55,849 bases of DNA from Octopus sinensis (taxonomy: Eukaryota): the NCBI RefSeq assembly GCF_006345805.1, contig NW_021833779.1, positions 1 to 55,849 on the forward strand, written 5' to 3'. The notes below the pieces were generated by a model. It was not told the DNA's origin. It saw only the letters and a program-made list of their open reading frames with translations, and searched no databases. The translations under genes were made by a program, and so were the position numbers. Each line of letters opens with the position of its first letter. The first letter of the stretch is position 1. Positions 38,327 to 49,491 of this stretch are shown here, one piece after another.

Positions 38327-38575
38327 CTTTAAATTAATTATTTGAATAATGCACTGTTATTTTGTAATATTGTTTTCGAAATACAATAGATCAACCAGTT
38401 AAGTTTTTTTAACGAATTTCAAAAAAATTTCAAACACAATCAACGAATAACATTTAGAAGTAATTATAGATAAAATATCGCAATACTGTGTTATTTTATC
38501 ATTGGCGAAATATTTTTTTAGTCCAATATAATTTATTTACTTAGGCTAAATTATCCCAAAAAATAGTAAATATTA

Positions 38576-40059
38576 CAGTGAACAAAAATAAAAACTGAAA
38601 AAGCATTTTCTCATGAATTTACTATGAACAATATTTAAAAATAACTTCTATTGATTTAAAAAAATTAAATAAAGTTTTGCTGTATTTTTTAGTTTGTCTA
38701 AAAATATTATATTTATACAGTTTTTCCATTCATTCATAATTCAGAACCAAAAAATGAACAAATTATTTTATCTATTATGTCCTCCATTAGCTCTAATTAA
38801 CATCTAGTATCGGCCTGGCATGCTATAATAAGACTTTTTGCGTATTCTATTTTGAGTTAATTCCAAATGGATGATATTTTTGCAAATAAATGTTCCTTTT
38901 TCAAAAATTCTCTTCCTTTGATTTTTTCTTTAATAAAGGCCCAAACATTCTCTATAGGGTTTAAATCTGGGCTTTGTGTTGGCCATAGTAGTAATTCGAT
39001 ATTATTTACTTGAAAAAAGCTCTTTGCTATTGCCGAAGTATGTTTCAGATCATTGTCTTGTTGGAAACTAGGATCTTTATGTTCGATTTTGTTCAGAAAT
39101 GAGATCATATTATTCGTTAATATGTTAACATACAAAGCTCCACCAATCTTCTCTTTATCAAAACCAAATTAATGAATCCAATATTGATTATGGCATGATA
39201 GTTCATGATAGTTCCTTTACCGAATTTTATGTTTTTTTGTAAGATTGCTTGTTAAATATTTTTCCTTGCGATTTCTCCATACTAAAGTTCTTACATCACT
39301 ATTTTACATATTAAATTTACTTTCATCACTTAAAATAACTCGCTCCCGAAATATTTTGAGAGCATATTGCATGTTTGGCATAGCTTTAATCATTGAAGTT
39401 TAGGGTTTTTGGTAAGAAGTGGTCTTTTCGTGGGCGGATATGCATTCAGACCAATTTTTTCGTGTATTTCTTATTGTTTGAGCTGTTACTGATTTCCCCT
39501 TTTTTCTGTAAATGTTTTAGTAAATTAAAAACAGTTGAAAATTGACATCCACTTTTCAAGCCTCTTTATTTAAAATATTTTTGGACGATTGAGCAACGAA
39601 TGGTCAACCAGACCCAACTTTTTTGTCCGTCAAGCACTTATTTGAATAGCTTTTGATAATTTGCAATATCGTGCCAAGCATACTTTTTCGTGATATCTTG
39701 TATTTCTCTGTATGTTTTTCCAGATTTATACATCCAATTATTCTGCCTTTTTCTTCAAATGTTCAATGATTGGCTATGTAGAGAGGTTACAATTGATTGA
39801 ATTTGAACGAATTTTTAAAAAATATATAACCTTTTTTTGATATATATATAAGTAATTTAAATTTGTTCAGTATTTTTTTGGTTTTAAATTTCGATATCAT
39901 AAAAAAGGGCATAATATATATTTATAAAAAAAAACTAAAAAATAAAAAAATGTAAAATACTTTAATCTATGTTTAAAATAAATTTGAGACATATTTGCAA
40001 TTTGTCCAATTGTAAATTTATAAGAAAGAGCATGTTCAGTTTTTTATTTTTGTTCACTA
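38576..40059 (-). mobile_element. Tc1-like transposon (decayed)
   Basis: Terminal repeats plus FQQDNDLKHTS and WPTQSPDLNPIENVW. Confidence 0.88.
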
Positions 40060-40286
40060 TAGCTTGTTCATGGTTATAGGTTTTTGTTTGTTTTCCTGCT
40101 ATATATTAATTATCCAAGAAATCCGTATTAAACAATTTTTAATTATATATTTTCTAAATACACAACTAGTATCCTCTTTTTATCTAAACGAGGTGCAACA
40201 TTACATTTTCTACAAACTTCAACAAAAAATTTAAAAATGTCTCAGAATTATCCAAACAATAAATCATTTTTTATTTAAAATACAAA

Positions 40287-40695
40287 TTTGTTTTTTCACC
40301 TCGAATTCTTCTCGATAAATGCATATCGTTTGGCATTATAGTTACTCTTTTTCCGTGAATTGCGCACAAATTACTATCTTCAAAAATTCCAACTAGGTAA
40401 CTCTCTGCCGCTTCTTGGAGAGCGACAATCGCTGACGATTGAAAACGCAAATCAGTTTTGATAAACTGAGCGTTTCTCTCACGAGTCTCTGGAATGGAAG
40501 TTTTCGTAGTAACAAATCAGTGCTCTTTTGATATCGTCTAATTTCTCGCATTGCAACAACTCCAGGTCGAAATCGATGAGGTTTCTTTACCCCTCCAAAT
40601 TGTGAAACAGACTTGCGAGCAGATTTTGCAGACAATTGTTTCCTTGGAACTTTTGCTCCAGTAGATTTTCGAGCAGTTTGTTTAGTTCTAGCCAT
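40287..40695 (-). CDS. H3: Histone H3 (subtype 2; indels), separated from its promoter by LINE C
   Basis: Collinear with 51456-51866. Confidence 0.88.
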
Positions 40696-40885
40696 ATTTT
40701 TTTTATTTCAGACAGGACAGTTTCAGGAATGGAATGGAAAGTTTTATTGTAAGTAAAACAGAGACTAAGTAAAAAGGTTGGACGAGGTTAAACGAGACGA
40801 CTGCGAAGACAGTCGAGCTCTGCCGAGATTCGTCCTAAGGGAATATATGAGCCGGGTTTTTGAAGAGTCACTCTCTGATTGAATT

Positions 40886-43503
40886 TCAGACGCGATCCAC
40901 GAAAAGATCGGTCACCTGAGACCGCCGACGAAAAGTTCGGATGGAATCAAGGATGACTTTCTCGATTAGTGGAGATTTCTCCTCTGCCCAGTTGGGTAGC
41001 GGGGCGCGTAGATCCAATCTGTACGCTAGCTTTAACGCATAGCGACGGATCTTCTCACATTTTTTCAATATTTTTCCGAATTGGTTTGAATAGTGCCACG
41101 CCTCCTCCATCCCATACAAGAGACTTGGGAGAATCGTCGCGCGCGAAGACAAACAGAAAAGTGTCGGGGGCCAAATGCATACCTCAGGAAGCGAAGGCCG
41201 CAACGGCCTTTTTCCTTTTTTGGGTGATGTGCAGTAAGTACTCCGAGTTAGAGTCTACCGTCAAGCCCATATAGCGAATGTGGCTCGGGCGGGGAAGTCT
41301 TCTGAGAATCTCAGGCTCTTGCCTCGATTTGCGCCGTGAGTTAATTTCAATTTCAAGGTACGCCGACTTGTCCATAGCAATGGATAGTTGTTTACACCCG
41401 ACACCAGGTCTCTATCATTCCGATGTAGCTGGAAAGACGGTGCTCCGAGAGGCGGGGCTTTTTGAAATATCCATAATGAGGACGTCATCAGCGTACAAGA
41501 GGAAAGTTGTCCGCGGATTGGGGAAGGAGGGGAAGCTGCTCATCACAAGGTTGAACAGCAGCGGGCTGAGACTGGATCCCTGCGGACACCCCTTCGGAGA
41601 TGTATATCTCTGGAGTGGAAGCCCGACTGGGACACAAAGGAGATACGGTTAGAAAGAAAGCAATTCAGCCAGAGAAATGCCTCTCTCGTTGGCTCACAAC
41701 TGCGAACCCTGTCCAATAGGTCTGGGTGGTACACGCTGTCGAATGCTTTAGAGATGTCAAGGCAGATGCAAGATAAAGTTTCGTTGAACTCCATTGCTTC
41801 AAAGCCATCGATTGGAGAATCAGAAAACAATCGGCGCAGCTGCGCCCCGAGCGGAAGCCCCACTGCTGGGGCAGAAGCACGCATTTCTGCTCAGCGAAGG
41901 AGTCGAAGCGTTTGGTCATAATTTTTTCCATAAGCCTCGAGATCGTTGGTATTAGACTGATGGGTCGATAGCTGCTGGCAAGGTTAGCTGTTTTTGCAGG
42001 TTTCTTGATCATCCGTCGTTTTCGGCGACTTTCCAGGCACTTGGAACGTGGCTCCAGCGAAGACTAGCCGAGAAGAGGCGTGCCAAAATCAGACAGTTCC
42101 GGAGGGCCTTCTTTGAACATTTTCATTGGTAGCATGTCATGCCCCGGTGCGTTGTCCCTCGCCGAGAGGATGGCCCAGGTCACCTCAGTCAGCGCGGTGA
42201 TTGGGTGATGATCAACAGATAGGGAGTCTGCTTGGTCTATAGGACTGGCATGTGAGTTTCCCCAGCGATCCTCATGGTCCGGCAGAGGACGGTCCAGGTG
42301 ATCAGCAAATATGTTGGGGATTTCCTCCACCGACGCAGGCATTCCAGCTGAGTTCGATAATTCTGGTGCCGGAGAGTTCACGAGATGATTAGAGAGTCTG
42401 TTGTAGGCTATCCAGAAGTTTGGGTTCCTGTGATTAAGACCAGAGCAGCCTTCTTCCACATCCTCTCAAGATCTTTCTTTCTTGTGAGTTCAATTTTGTG
42501 GTTGAGCAGAGAGATTTCCGACCTTAGGGTACCTTGGTCCGTTGGGTCGGCACAGCGTTTGAGCTTGTTTCGCAGGCGCTTCTTTTCGCCCAGAAGTTGG
42601 AGAAGTTTGGGTTTGGATGATGTGTAATGCCCTTGCTAGTTGGGCGCACCCTCCTAGCGTGGGCTTCAAGTAGAGTCGCATGAAGTCCGTCAATTCGGCG
42701 CCCGAGTTGTCGATGTCCGAGGTAGATTGATAGCTGCCTGGGCGTACGTTGTTGCGAAAGAACAAGTTCAGAGCATAACGGTAGTGCGCCCAGTTGATGT
42801 TCGAAAGGGTGTATCGTGGTGGGCAACGGATTTGGGTGTCTACCGAGACGTGGACACAGACCTGCATTGGCAGGTGGTCGCTCCCAATATCGTCGAGTAC
42901 TATTGGTTCTCCCATAAGATTCGCGACTGATTGAGAGCTCAGTGCTACGCAAAGGTTGTCCCAGCCGAATGGGGAGCGGTGGTTCCGGGCTTTCGAGGTG
43001 CGGACACAGACGTCTAGCCTACCTGCCGCTCTTTCAAGTAACCGGCCCGCCCGATTGGTCACGCGACAACCAAATGCCGTGTGTTTGGAGTTTAGATCAC
43101 CGATGAGGAGGCAATGATTTGAGCTGACAAAGAAGTCTTCGATAAGACCGATGCATGGAGCAAGGTTTTTGCAATATATTCCGCCCACTTTTAACCAAAA
43201 GCGCTGGGTTTTAATCTCTAGCGAGATAAATTCGCATAGGTTCCGTTCGATAGTCTTGAGGTTGCGTGTCTTGAGATTTTGCAGGTAGTAGATAGTCGTC
43301 CCAGTCCCAGGCGTAGAGTTATTTCTCCATTTCAGGTCAAGGGAGCAGTATCCTGGCAATTCGAAGCATTGACCTTCTTTCAGCTTAGACTCGTTGACGA
43401 CGATCAAGTCAGGATGGCCGCTGTTTACCATCTCAACGAAGTCGAGGTGCCGTCTCTTGACAGATCGGGCATTCACAGCGATGATTTTTAGTGGCGTGGT
43501 CAT
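40886..43503 (-). CDS. LINE C ORF2 (APE + RT), many frameshifts
   Basis: MTTPLKIIAVNARS, IGDLNSKH, GSDHLP, YRPISLIP, LDISKAFDSV. Confidence 0.85.
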
Positions 43504-44874
43504 TTTGCTGGCGAGCTCCTCTCTGATAGGAGCTCTTCTAGCTTCTTGGGTTTGACTCCCAGTTTTCAGCTGCGTCGACACAGCGTTGGTAAAATTCCAA
43601 CAGAGCATCCTTGTTGTGAGAGTCTACCCTTCGCCTGCGTTTTGGCCTGCTGAGTACCGTTCCTTATTGGGCTGACGGGCCTCGGTTTCACAGCCTCGCG
43701 ACAGGGGCCTGCATGCTCTGCGCACCAACCTCAACGACTTGCGTCGTCTGGGTATGGGCGTCCGCCACACACGGGTTATTAGCGGCCGTACTTTCCAGAT
43801 AGGCGTGACCGGCTTAGCTTTTACCATTACCATGCGGGTTGGGTTAGGAGACCGAGGCATTGCTTCTGCGCGGGCGGCCCATTTAGCTGCTGTTGCAGCT
43901 TTGGCCGTCGGGCATCCACCATACGAAGCGAGGTGGCCGGGGCGGTCACAATTGATACAATGCCGACCGCAGGGCTCCACTAGACTTTGTTTGCTGCCTG
44001 GGCATTCCCTTCGGTCGTGGTCCTTGCCGCAGTATAAGACCGGGCTTTTTCTTGACAGTTACGGGACAGGTGTCCGAATCTCTGACAATGGAAACATCGG
44101 ACGACAGGAGGTCTGAACCATTCACAGGTGATAAGGCAGAAACCAGCTGTGATTCCGGTGCGGATCAAAGAAGTAGCTTCAGCTCGTGAGTCAAGCGTCA
44201 GCTTAGCAACTGGGATGTTGAGACCATCTCGCGTGAATCGCTCGAGAACGAACACCGAACTGAGGGTTTCCTTCAGGTGCAGCTCTAGGTCCCGATTGGA
44301 GATCCATCGCGGAATCCCCTTTAGGACTAGTGCTGACTTTTGCGGAGTAACTAAGGCAAGTTTATGGCCGCTTCGCCAAACGGGTTCAATCTTGCAAGCT
44401 CAGCCGAGAATGCATCAGCATCTCCGGGGCTCCTGAACTCAAGAGTGAAGGAGCCTGAGCGTTGTAATGTAATCCGTGCTTTGGAGGCAGTTGGCGACTT
44501 GGATAGGAGGTAAACCTCTTGATCTTTCCAAGTGCCGGGTTATTAATGCTCAGAGTGAATGTGAGGCCTGAGCTGTTAAGGTCAGACCTCGGGGGTTCGG
44601 TGGATTCTTCAACTTTGGAGGGCTCTCCTTGAACCATCTGGACCGTCGGAGCACCTCCACTTCGACATAGATTTCTTATTGCAGACAATTGTTCGGTGGA
44701 ATCTTCTTCAACTTTGATGGAAACATGTTGAACCGTCTGATCCGTCAGAACACTCCCACTTCGACATAGGTTTCTAATTGTAGACAATTGTTTCCTTGGA
44801 ACTTTTGTTCTTTTTTGTCCTTCAGTGTTTGCTTTTGCGTTTTCTTTTGAGTTTTTCTTAGGTGCCATTGACAT
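43500..44874 (-). CDS. LINE C ORF1 with an H2B/H3/H4 mosaic N-terminus (frameshifted downstream)
   Basis: MSMAPKK...[24 protein letters not shown]...QLSAIRNLCRSGG runs in frame into LSINNPALGKIKRF, which is shared with B ORF1. CCHC knuckles follow. Confidence 0.83.
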
Positions 44875-44935
44875 TGACAAAAATTCCTGATTATCAAAAA
44901 AAAAAAATTTATTTCAGATTTTTTTCAGATTTCAG

Positions 44936-45221
44936 ATATGATGCTCAATCATATCGGTTGAACGCGCGTTCCCTGGAGAGGAAAAGGGACGCCGTTCAGA
45001 GGATGTTGGCCAACACGAGTGCGGACATTCTGGTGGTCAACGAAACGAGATAAGGGGGGGTCCGTACGTAGTTGATGGCTACAACTGTCGTCACAACCCT
45101 GGAAAGACGGGTCAATATGTGGCACGGGAACTAGCCTCTTTACAAGCCGTACCTTCCCCTAACAAAGTTCAGTGTTATGTTATGTAGCCTATGTGAATTC
45201 CTCCAAGTGAGAATTCGCATA
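44936..45221 (+). mobile_element. Remaining part of the fixed older LINE A fragment
   Basis: Matches 53640-53928. Confidence 0.85.
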
Positions 45222-45233
45222 AAATATGCACAA

Positions 45234-45505
45234 ATGGTTTTCTCCTCAAAGAAATTCCTGGAAAAAATATGGCTGGAAAGAAGGTTTGTGTTATAAATAT
45301 AAAGGTTCGGGTCTAGGAAAAAACAGTCAAGGGCGAACCGAACTGGTCACCATTAAAAGAAATAGGGGAGGAATGGGGGTATGATTACAATTTATAACAA
45401 TTTAGGTCGGTTATCAAGAAGTACTTGATAAATTGGTAGACGCACAGTTTATAAGGACCTACCAAAATAAAGAAACGAAGCCGGAAAAAAGGGTAAGGCA
45501 GAATA
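45234..45505 (+). CDS. Small G-patch protein gene (copy with indels)
   Basis: Copy of 53941-54214. Confidence 0.6.
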
Positions 45506-46118
45506 TTTTTTTATAATAATTTTTTGTTTTCTGAACTTTAAAATGTTGAAAAAATAATATAAAAATAAGGGTTTTTTCTAAGCTACTTCAGAAAAAGATT
45601 ACAGTTTAAATTATTTTTGATAGTACTCCAATTGAAATAGAGTTCAAATATTTTTTAAATTTTTTTCCAAGTCCGAAAGTAGAAGCACCTAGGCTCGGTA
45701 CACCCAAGGCCTGTGACATTATAATTTATAAAAATAATATAACAATAATAAAATTCGTGTTCAGTTAAAAACAGTCTACATAAAAAATATAACAATAATG
45801 ATTAAAATTTAAAGAAATTGATCATTTTAGATTTTAGGGCGCTAAAATACAAGATCGCCAAATCCGGGAACAAATAAATAAAATTTTGCCATAAGAATAT
45901 AAAGAATAGAACCTTTCTATCAAAAAATAAAGTAAAATTCAATTAATAAAGATAAATGAGAAGATTTGAAATAAGCGAAATAAACAAATTGAAAGAATAA
46001 ACTCGCAAATATAACAAAATGATGAAATTTCAGATAATTATTAATTAAAAGAAACTACATCGCAAAATATTCCTTCTAATCCAAATAAATAAAAAAATAA
46101 AGATTGACCAAATAATGG

Positions 46119-46206
46119 CAAATTGTGAAACAGAATTGCGAGCAGATTGTTTCCTTGGAAATTTTGCTCCAGTAGATTTTTGAGCAGTTTGTTGTGTTCT
46201 AGCCAT
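46119..46206 (-). pseudogene. H3: Decayed H3 N-terminal fragment
   Basis: Copy of 54833-54921. Confidence 0.8.
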
Positions 46207-46303
46207 ATTTTTGTTATTTCAGACAGAACCGATTCAGACAAGTTATTTTTGTTTTATATTATTCCGAATTTTTAAACAACGTTATGGAATGGAATGGAAA
46301 GTG

Positions 46304-47759
46304 AATGAATGAATGAAGTTTATTGTAATTAACAGAGAAAGAGAAAGTGACAGGAATTAAGGACGGTGATAGGACGAGACTGATGCAAAGGCAACTGAAC
46401 TCTTCTGAGCTTGCGTCCAATTCATCTGTCGTGAGCCAGAGTTAATGGTGGCTATGTTGCTGAATTGCTCCCTTCTAGCAGGAGCTCTTGCAGCATATCC
46501 ATATCCACTCCAAGTAGGGTCAGGGCTCCTACACAACAGCGGAAGCATTCCAGTTGGGAATCTCTGTTGTGTAGGTCCTGATCCGAGTGGGGACCTCTTT
46601 GTGACAAAGCTTTGTCACTGTGGGTTTTTCTCCTCTTACGAGGGACAGCCGAGCGGACCACTTCTGAGTTATGGCACTCATTAGTGGTTGTCTTCGAGTT
46701 TGTGAGTGTGCTGGGGGCCGGCGACGTCTGAGTAGAGACATCGACTTTGGACGGACTTCGGGGAGCCGCTTTTGTCCAGACTGATTTTATCGGTTCGGCT
46801 TTCACCCAGCGTACTGGGCTTTTTGTCTGTGGGCTCTTCGCAGCCCTTGAGGCTGCTGTTGCTGCTTTGGCAGATGGACATCCACCGTAGCACGCCAAGT
46901 GCCCAGTGTTCTTGCAATTAATGCAAGTTTTTGCAGCTGGGACATTCGGTTTTGGCTTGGAACTCGGGCAGTTTTGGTGCCTGTGTTCTTTACCGCAGAG
47001 GAGACAACGGAGTTTTTCGGAGCATCTGTAGGACGTATGTCCAAACTGATTGCAACGGAAGCATCTCGTTGCTGAGGGCTTGTGCCATTCGCAGCGGATA
47101 TGGCTGAAGCCCGCAGTTATTCCAAAGCGGATGAGGGTGTTGGCCTCGGCTCTGGAATCCAGCGTGAGTCTGCCGATAGGCATGTCGGTTCCATTGCGAG
47201 AGAATCTTTCGAACTTGAAGTCCGATTCTAGACTTTCTCTCAAGTGGAGGTTAAGATCCTCTGTCGAGATCCAATGAGGGATTCCTTTAAGGACCAAGAC
47301 TGAGGCCTTCTCAGCTATTGAGGCAAGTTTATGGCCGCCTTCGCCAAACATATTCGATTGAGTCAACTCTGCTTTGAACGCAGCAGCATCCTCTGGCGAA
47401 CTGAATTTTAGAATGAAGGTGCCGGACTTCTGTAAGGTTATCCGGGCTTTCGAAGCAGTTGGAGACTTGGATAGGAGGTTAAACCTCTTAATCTTTCCAA
47501 GTGCCGAGTTTTCGATACTCAGAGAATATGTGAGGTTCGAGCTGTTACCCTCAGTTGTCGTCTGATGCAATTGGGTCTCACTGTGTTTTTGAGCCACAGT
47601 AGGGTTCGGAGGGGTCGGATGTTCGGTGGGATATTCAGGTTCGCAAAAGGGCTGTGGCTTGGCCGCTGTTCGTCTTTGAACTTTGGAGCAAGCTTTGATT
47701 GATGCGAGATTTTGTTTATTCTTGACCATTTTTTCTTTATTTTCCTTTACCATGCAACT
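46304..47759 (-). mobile_element. Non-autonomous ORF1-only LINE (B') with a 7-bp TSD and a (TTCA)n tail
   Basis: TSD gaaagtg at 46297-46303 and 47760-47766. The empty site is visible at about 36596 and 55012. ORF1 is followed directly by a B/C-like 3'UTR, AATAAA and the tail. Confidence 0.92.
46452..47753 (-). CDS. Intact B' ORF1, 433 aa from the ATG at 47753, three CCHC knuckles
   Basis: Uninterrupted ORF. The longer start in the ORF track lies outside the TSD, in the promoter. Confidence 0.9.
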   Translation of the reverse strand: MVKENKEKMVKNKQNLASIKACSKVQRRTAAKPQPFCEPEYPTEHPTPPNPTVAQKHSETQLHQTTTEGNSSNLTYSLSIENSALGKIKRFNLLSKSPTASKARITLQKSGTFILKFSSPEDAAAFKAELTQSNMFGEGGHKLASIAEKASVLVLKGIPHWISTEDLNLHLRESLESDFKFERFSRNGTDMPIGRLTLDSRAEANTLIRFGITAGFSHIRCEWHKPSATRCFRCNQFGHTSYRCSEKLRCLLCGKEHRHQNCPSSKPKPNVPAAKTCINCKNTGHLACYGGCPSAKAATAASRAAKSPQTKSPVRWVKAEPIKSVWTKAAPRSPSKVDVSTQTSPAPSTLTNSKTTTNECHNSEVVRSAVPRKRRKTHSDKALSQRGPHSDQDLHNRDSQLECFRCCVGALTLLGVDMDMLQELLLEGSNSAT

Positions 47760-48667
47760 GAAAGTGGAGTGAAAAAATCTCATATAATAAAAAAGTATCA
47801 TTCCGAAATTTTGTTGAGTAATTCAAAAAAAGTATAATTCCAAAATTTTTGAAGTTGACGGGATGACCCTTTTCCCATTTGAGAAAGGAAAAGGCCTCGT
47901 ATGGCATGCAAGCTGCTGGGATACTTTCTCTGCTTCACATCTAACCTCGTGTGCTCTGGAGGCTAAATCAGCTGCTAAAAAGCCTGAAGATTTAAAGCTT
48001 TCCAAATATTCTGCCCTTTTGGAATAAAATATCAAGAGGAATTCTGCAAGGGGACTCTTTGTCTCCACAGCTATTTGTTTTGGTGATGGATACTTTGAGT
48101 AGGATGTATTAATGTTTTAGTTATTATAACACATTCCGTGGGAACATAAACAAAGTTATAATCCCACACGTGTCACAAGCGAAACAATCTTCTGGACCAT
48201 CCTTGTCCATGCCCTTCTGTTGCGGGCGAGATCCCGTAAAGATTCTAGGTCGTCCCAGTTTTTGAAACTTTTGCCATGAAGTTTGAGATCCCTTTCAAGA
48301 ACTGTCGGAAGAGTGGATCTAGGTCTTCCACGATATTTGTCTCCATGTTCAAGAAATAATCGTCCATTGCCCGATTGGCCGGAGCTCTGGGGTCCACTCG
48401 CAAATAATTCTCTAAATAAACATAATTATAAACAGATGCAAAAAAATAAAATATTAGAAAAAAATAAATTTTTCAACGATATAACTCTAATTTACTGTAT
48501 AAATATACTTTTTGTTATTTCAACAAGATTTCTTACCAATTAAAAAAGCAATCGTAGTATTTCACCGTCGTTTGGTAGCTAGTTAGTATATTTATGAAAT
48601 TGCTAATTTTTATCTGGTTAATTTGTAAGGAATATCAATGTATTTTATTAAAAAAATTATGTATAAT

Positions 48668-48976
48668 TTATCCACCAAATCCGTAAATTGTCCTACCTTG
48701 ACGTTTCAAGGCATTAACAACGTCCATTGCGATAACAGTTTTTCTTTTGGCATGTTCAGTATAGGAAATACAATCACGAACAGTTTGCTCAATAAAAATC
48801 TTAAGGACAGAACGTGTCTCCTCGTAAATTTTTCCAGAAATTCTTCGAACACCCCCTCTTCGACATAGTCTTCTTATTGCTGGCTTAGTAATTCCTTGTA
48901 TATTGTCAATTAATATCTTTCGAAATCGTTTTGCACCACTCTTTCCTCCTTTGCCACCTTTACCACGTCCAGACAT
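48668..48976 (-). CDS. H4: Histone H4
   Basis: Intact 102-aa ORF. Confidence 0.98.
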   Translation of the reverse strand: MSGRGKGGKGGKSGAKRFRKILIDNIQGITKPAIRRLCRRGGVRRISGKIYEETRSVLKIFIEQTVRDCISYTEHAKRKTVIAMDVVNALKRQGRTIYGFGG

Positions 48977-49131
48977 TGAAAAATTCTCTAAATGAACACT
49001 ATTTTCAACCTATGCACAAAAAGTATCATTGCCAAATTTTTTCAAAAGGACTATTCCGAAAAAAATTTTCAACTAAATTTCGGAATGCCATTTTTTTTAT
49101 TATGTAAATAAAAAATAGTTAGCAGAGTATA

Positions 49132-49491
49132 ATGTCTTCAAGAGGAAAAGGAGGAAAAGTACGGTCAAAGGCTAAAAGCAAATCCGTTCGGGCCGGGTTA
49201 CAGTTTCCAGTTGGACGCATTCACCGGTGTCTCCGTCATGAAACCCGAATGCGAGTAGGAATTCCTGCCGCAGTATATATGTGCGCAGTATTGGAATATG
49301 CTGTGGCTGAAATGCTTGAACTTGCTGGAAATACAGCAGTAAAATGTGGAAAAAGAAGAATTAAACCACGTCACATTGTCGTTGCAATTGGAAATGACGA
49401 CGAATTAAAAGAATTAACTCAGAAAGCTATTATTTCATCTGGTGGATTTATGATTCGCAAAACTGCAGAAACTCCTAAACCAACTTCCTAA
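49132..49491 (+). CDS. H2A: Histone H2A
   Basis: Intact 119-aa ORF. Confidence 0.97.
   Translation: MSSRGKGGKVRSKAKSKSVRAGLQFPVGRIHRCLRHETRMRVGIPAAVYMCAVLEYAVAEMLELAGNTAVKCGKRRIKPRHIVVAIGNDDELKELTQKAIISSGGFMIRKTAETPKPTS

Larger units (their letters stand above)
40728..44890 (-). mobile_element. LINE family C (relative of B), full-length, AATAAA + (TTCCA)n tail, inserted 32 nt upstream of the H3 ATG
   Basis: The empty site is at 51897 (tttcagg|ctag). ORF2 spans about 40886-43503 and ORF1 about 43500-44874, with an ATGA overlap. The 5' side is accompanied by loss of about 1.7 kb of the unit. Confidence 0.9.

Noticed and set aside
12254-40695. Frameshifted H3/H2B/LINE ORFs as programmed frameshifts or true pseudogenes
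   Set aside because: The indels are single-base, mostly in homopolymers and differ per copy, and the last unit is clean. This is most consistent with uncorrected long-read error and cannot be resolved without reads.
40726-40742. (TTCCA)n tail as a mimic of the CATTCCG promoter motif
   Set aside because: The orientation is opposite relative to the minus-strand genes, the match is only 6 nt, and the other families have different tails.
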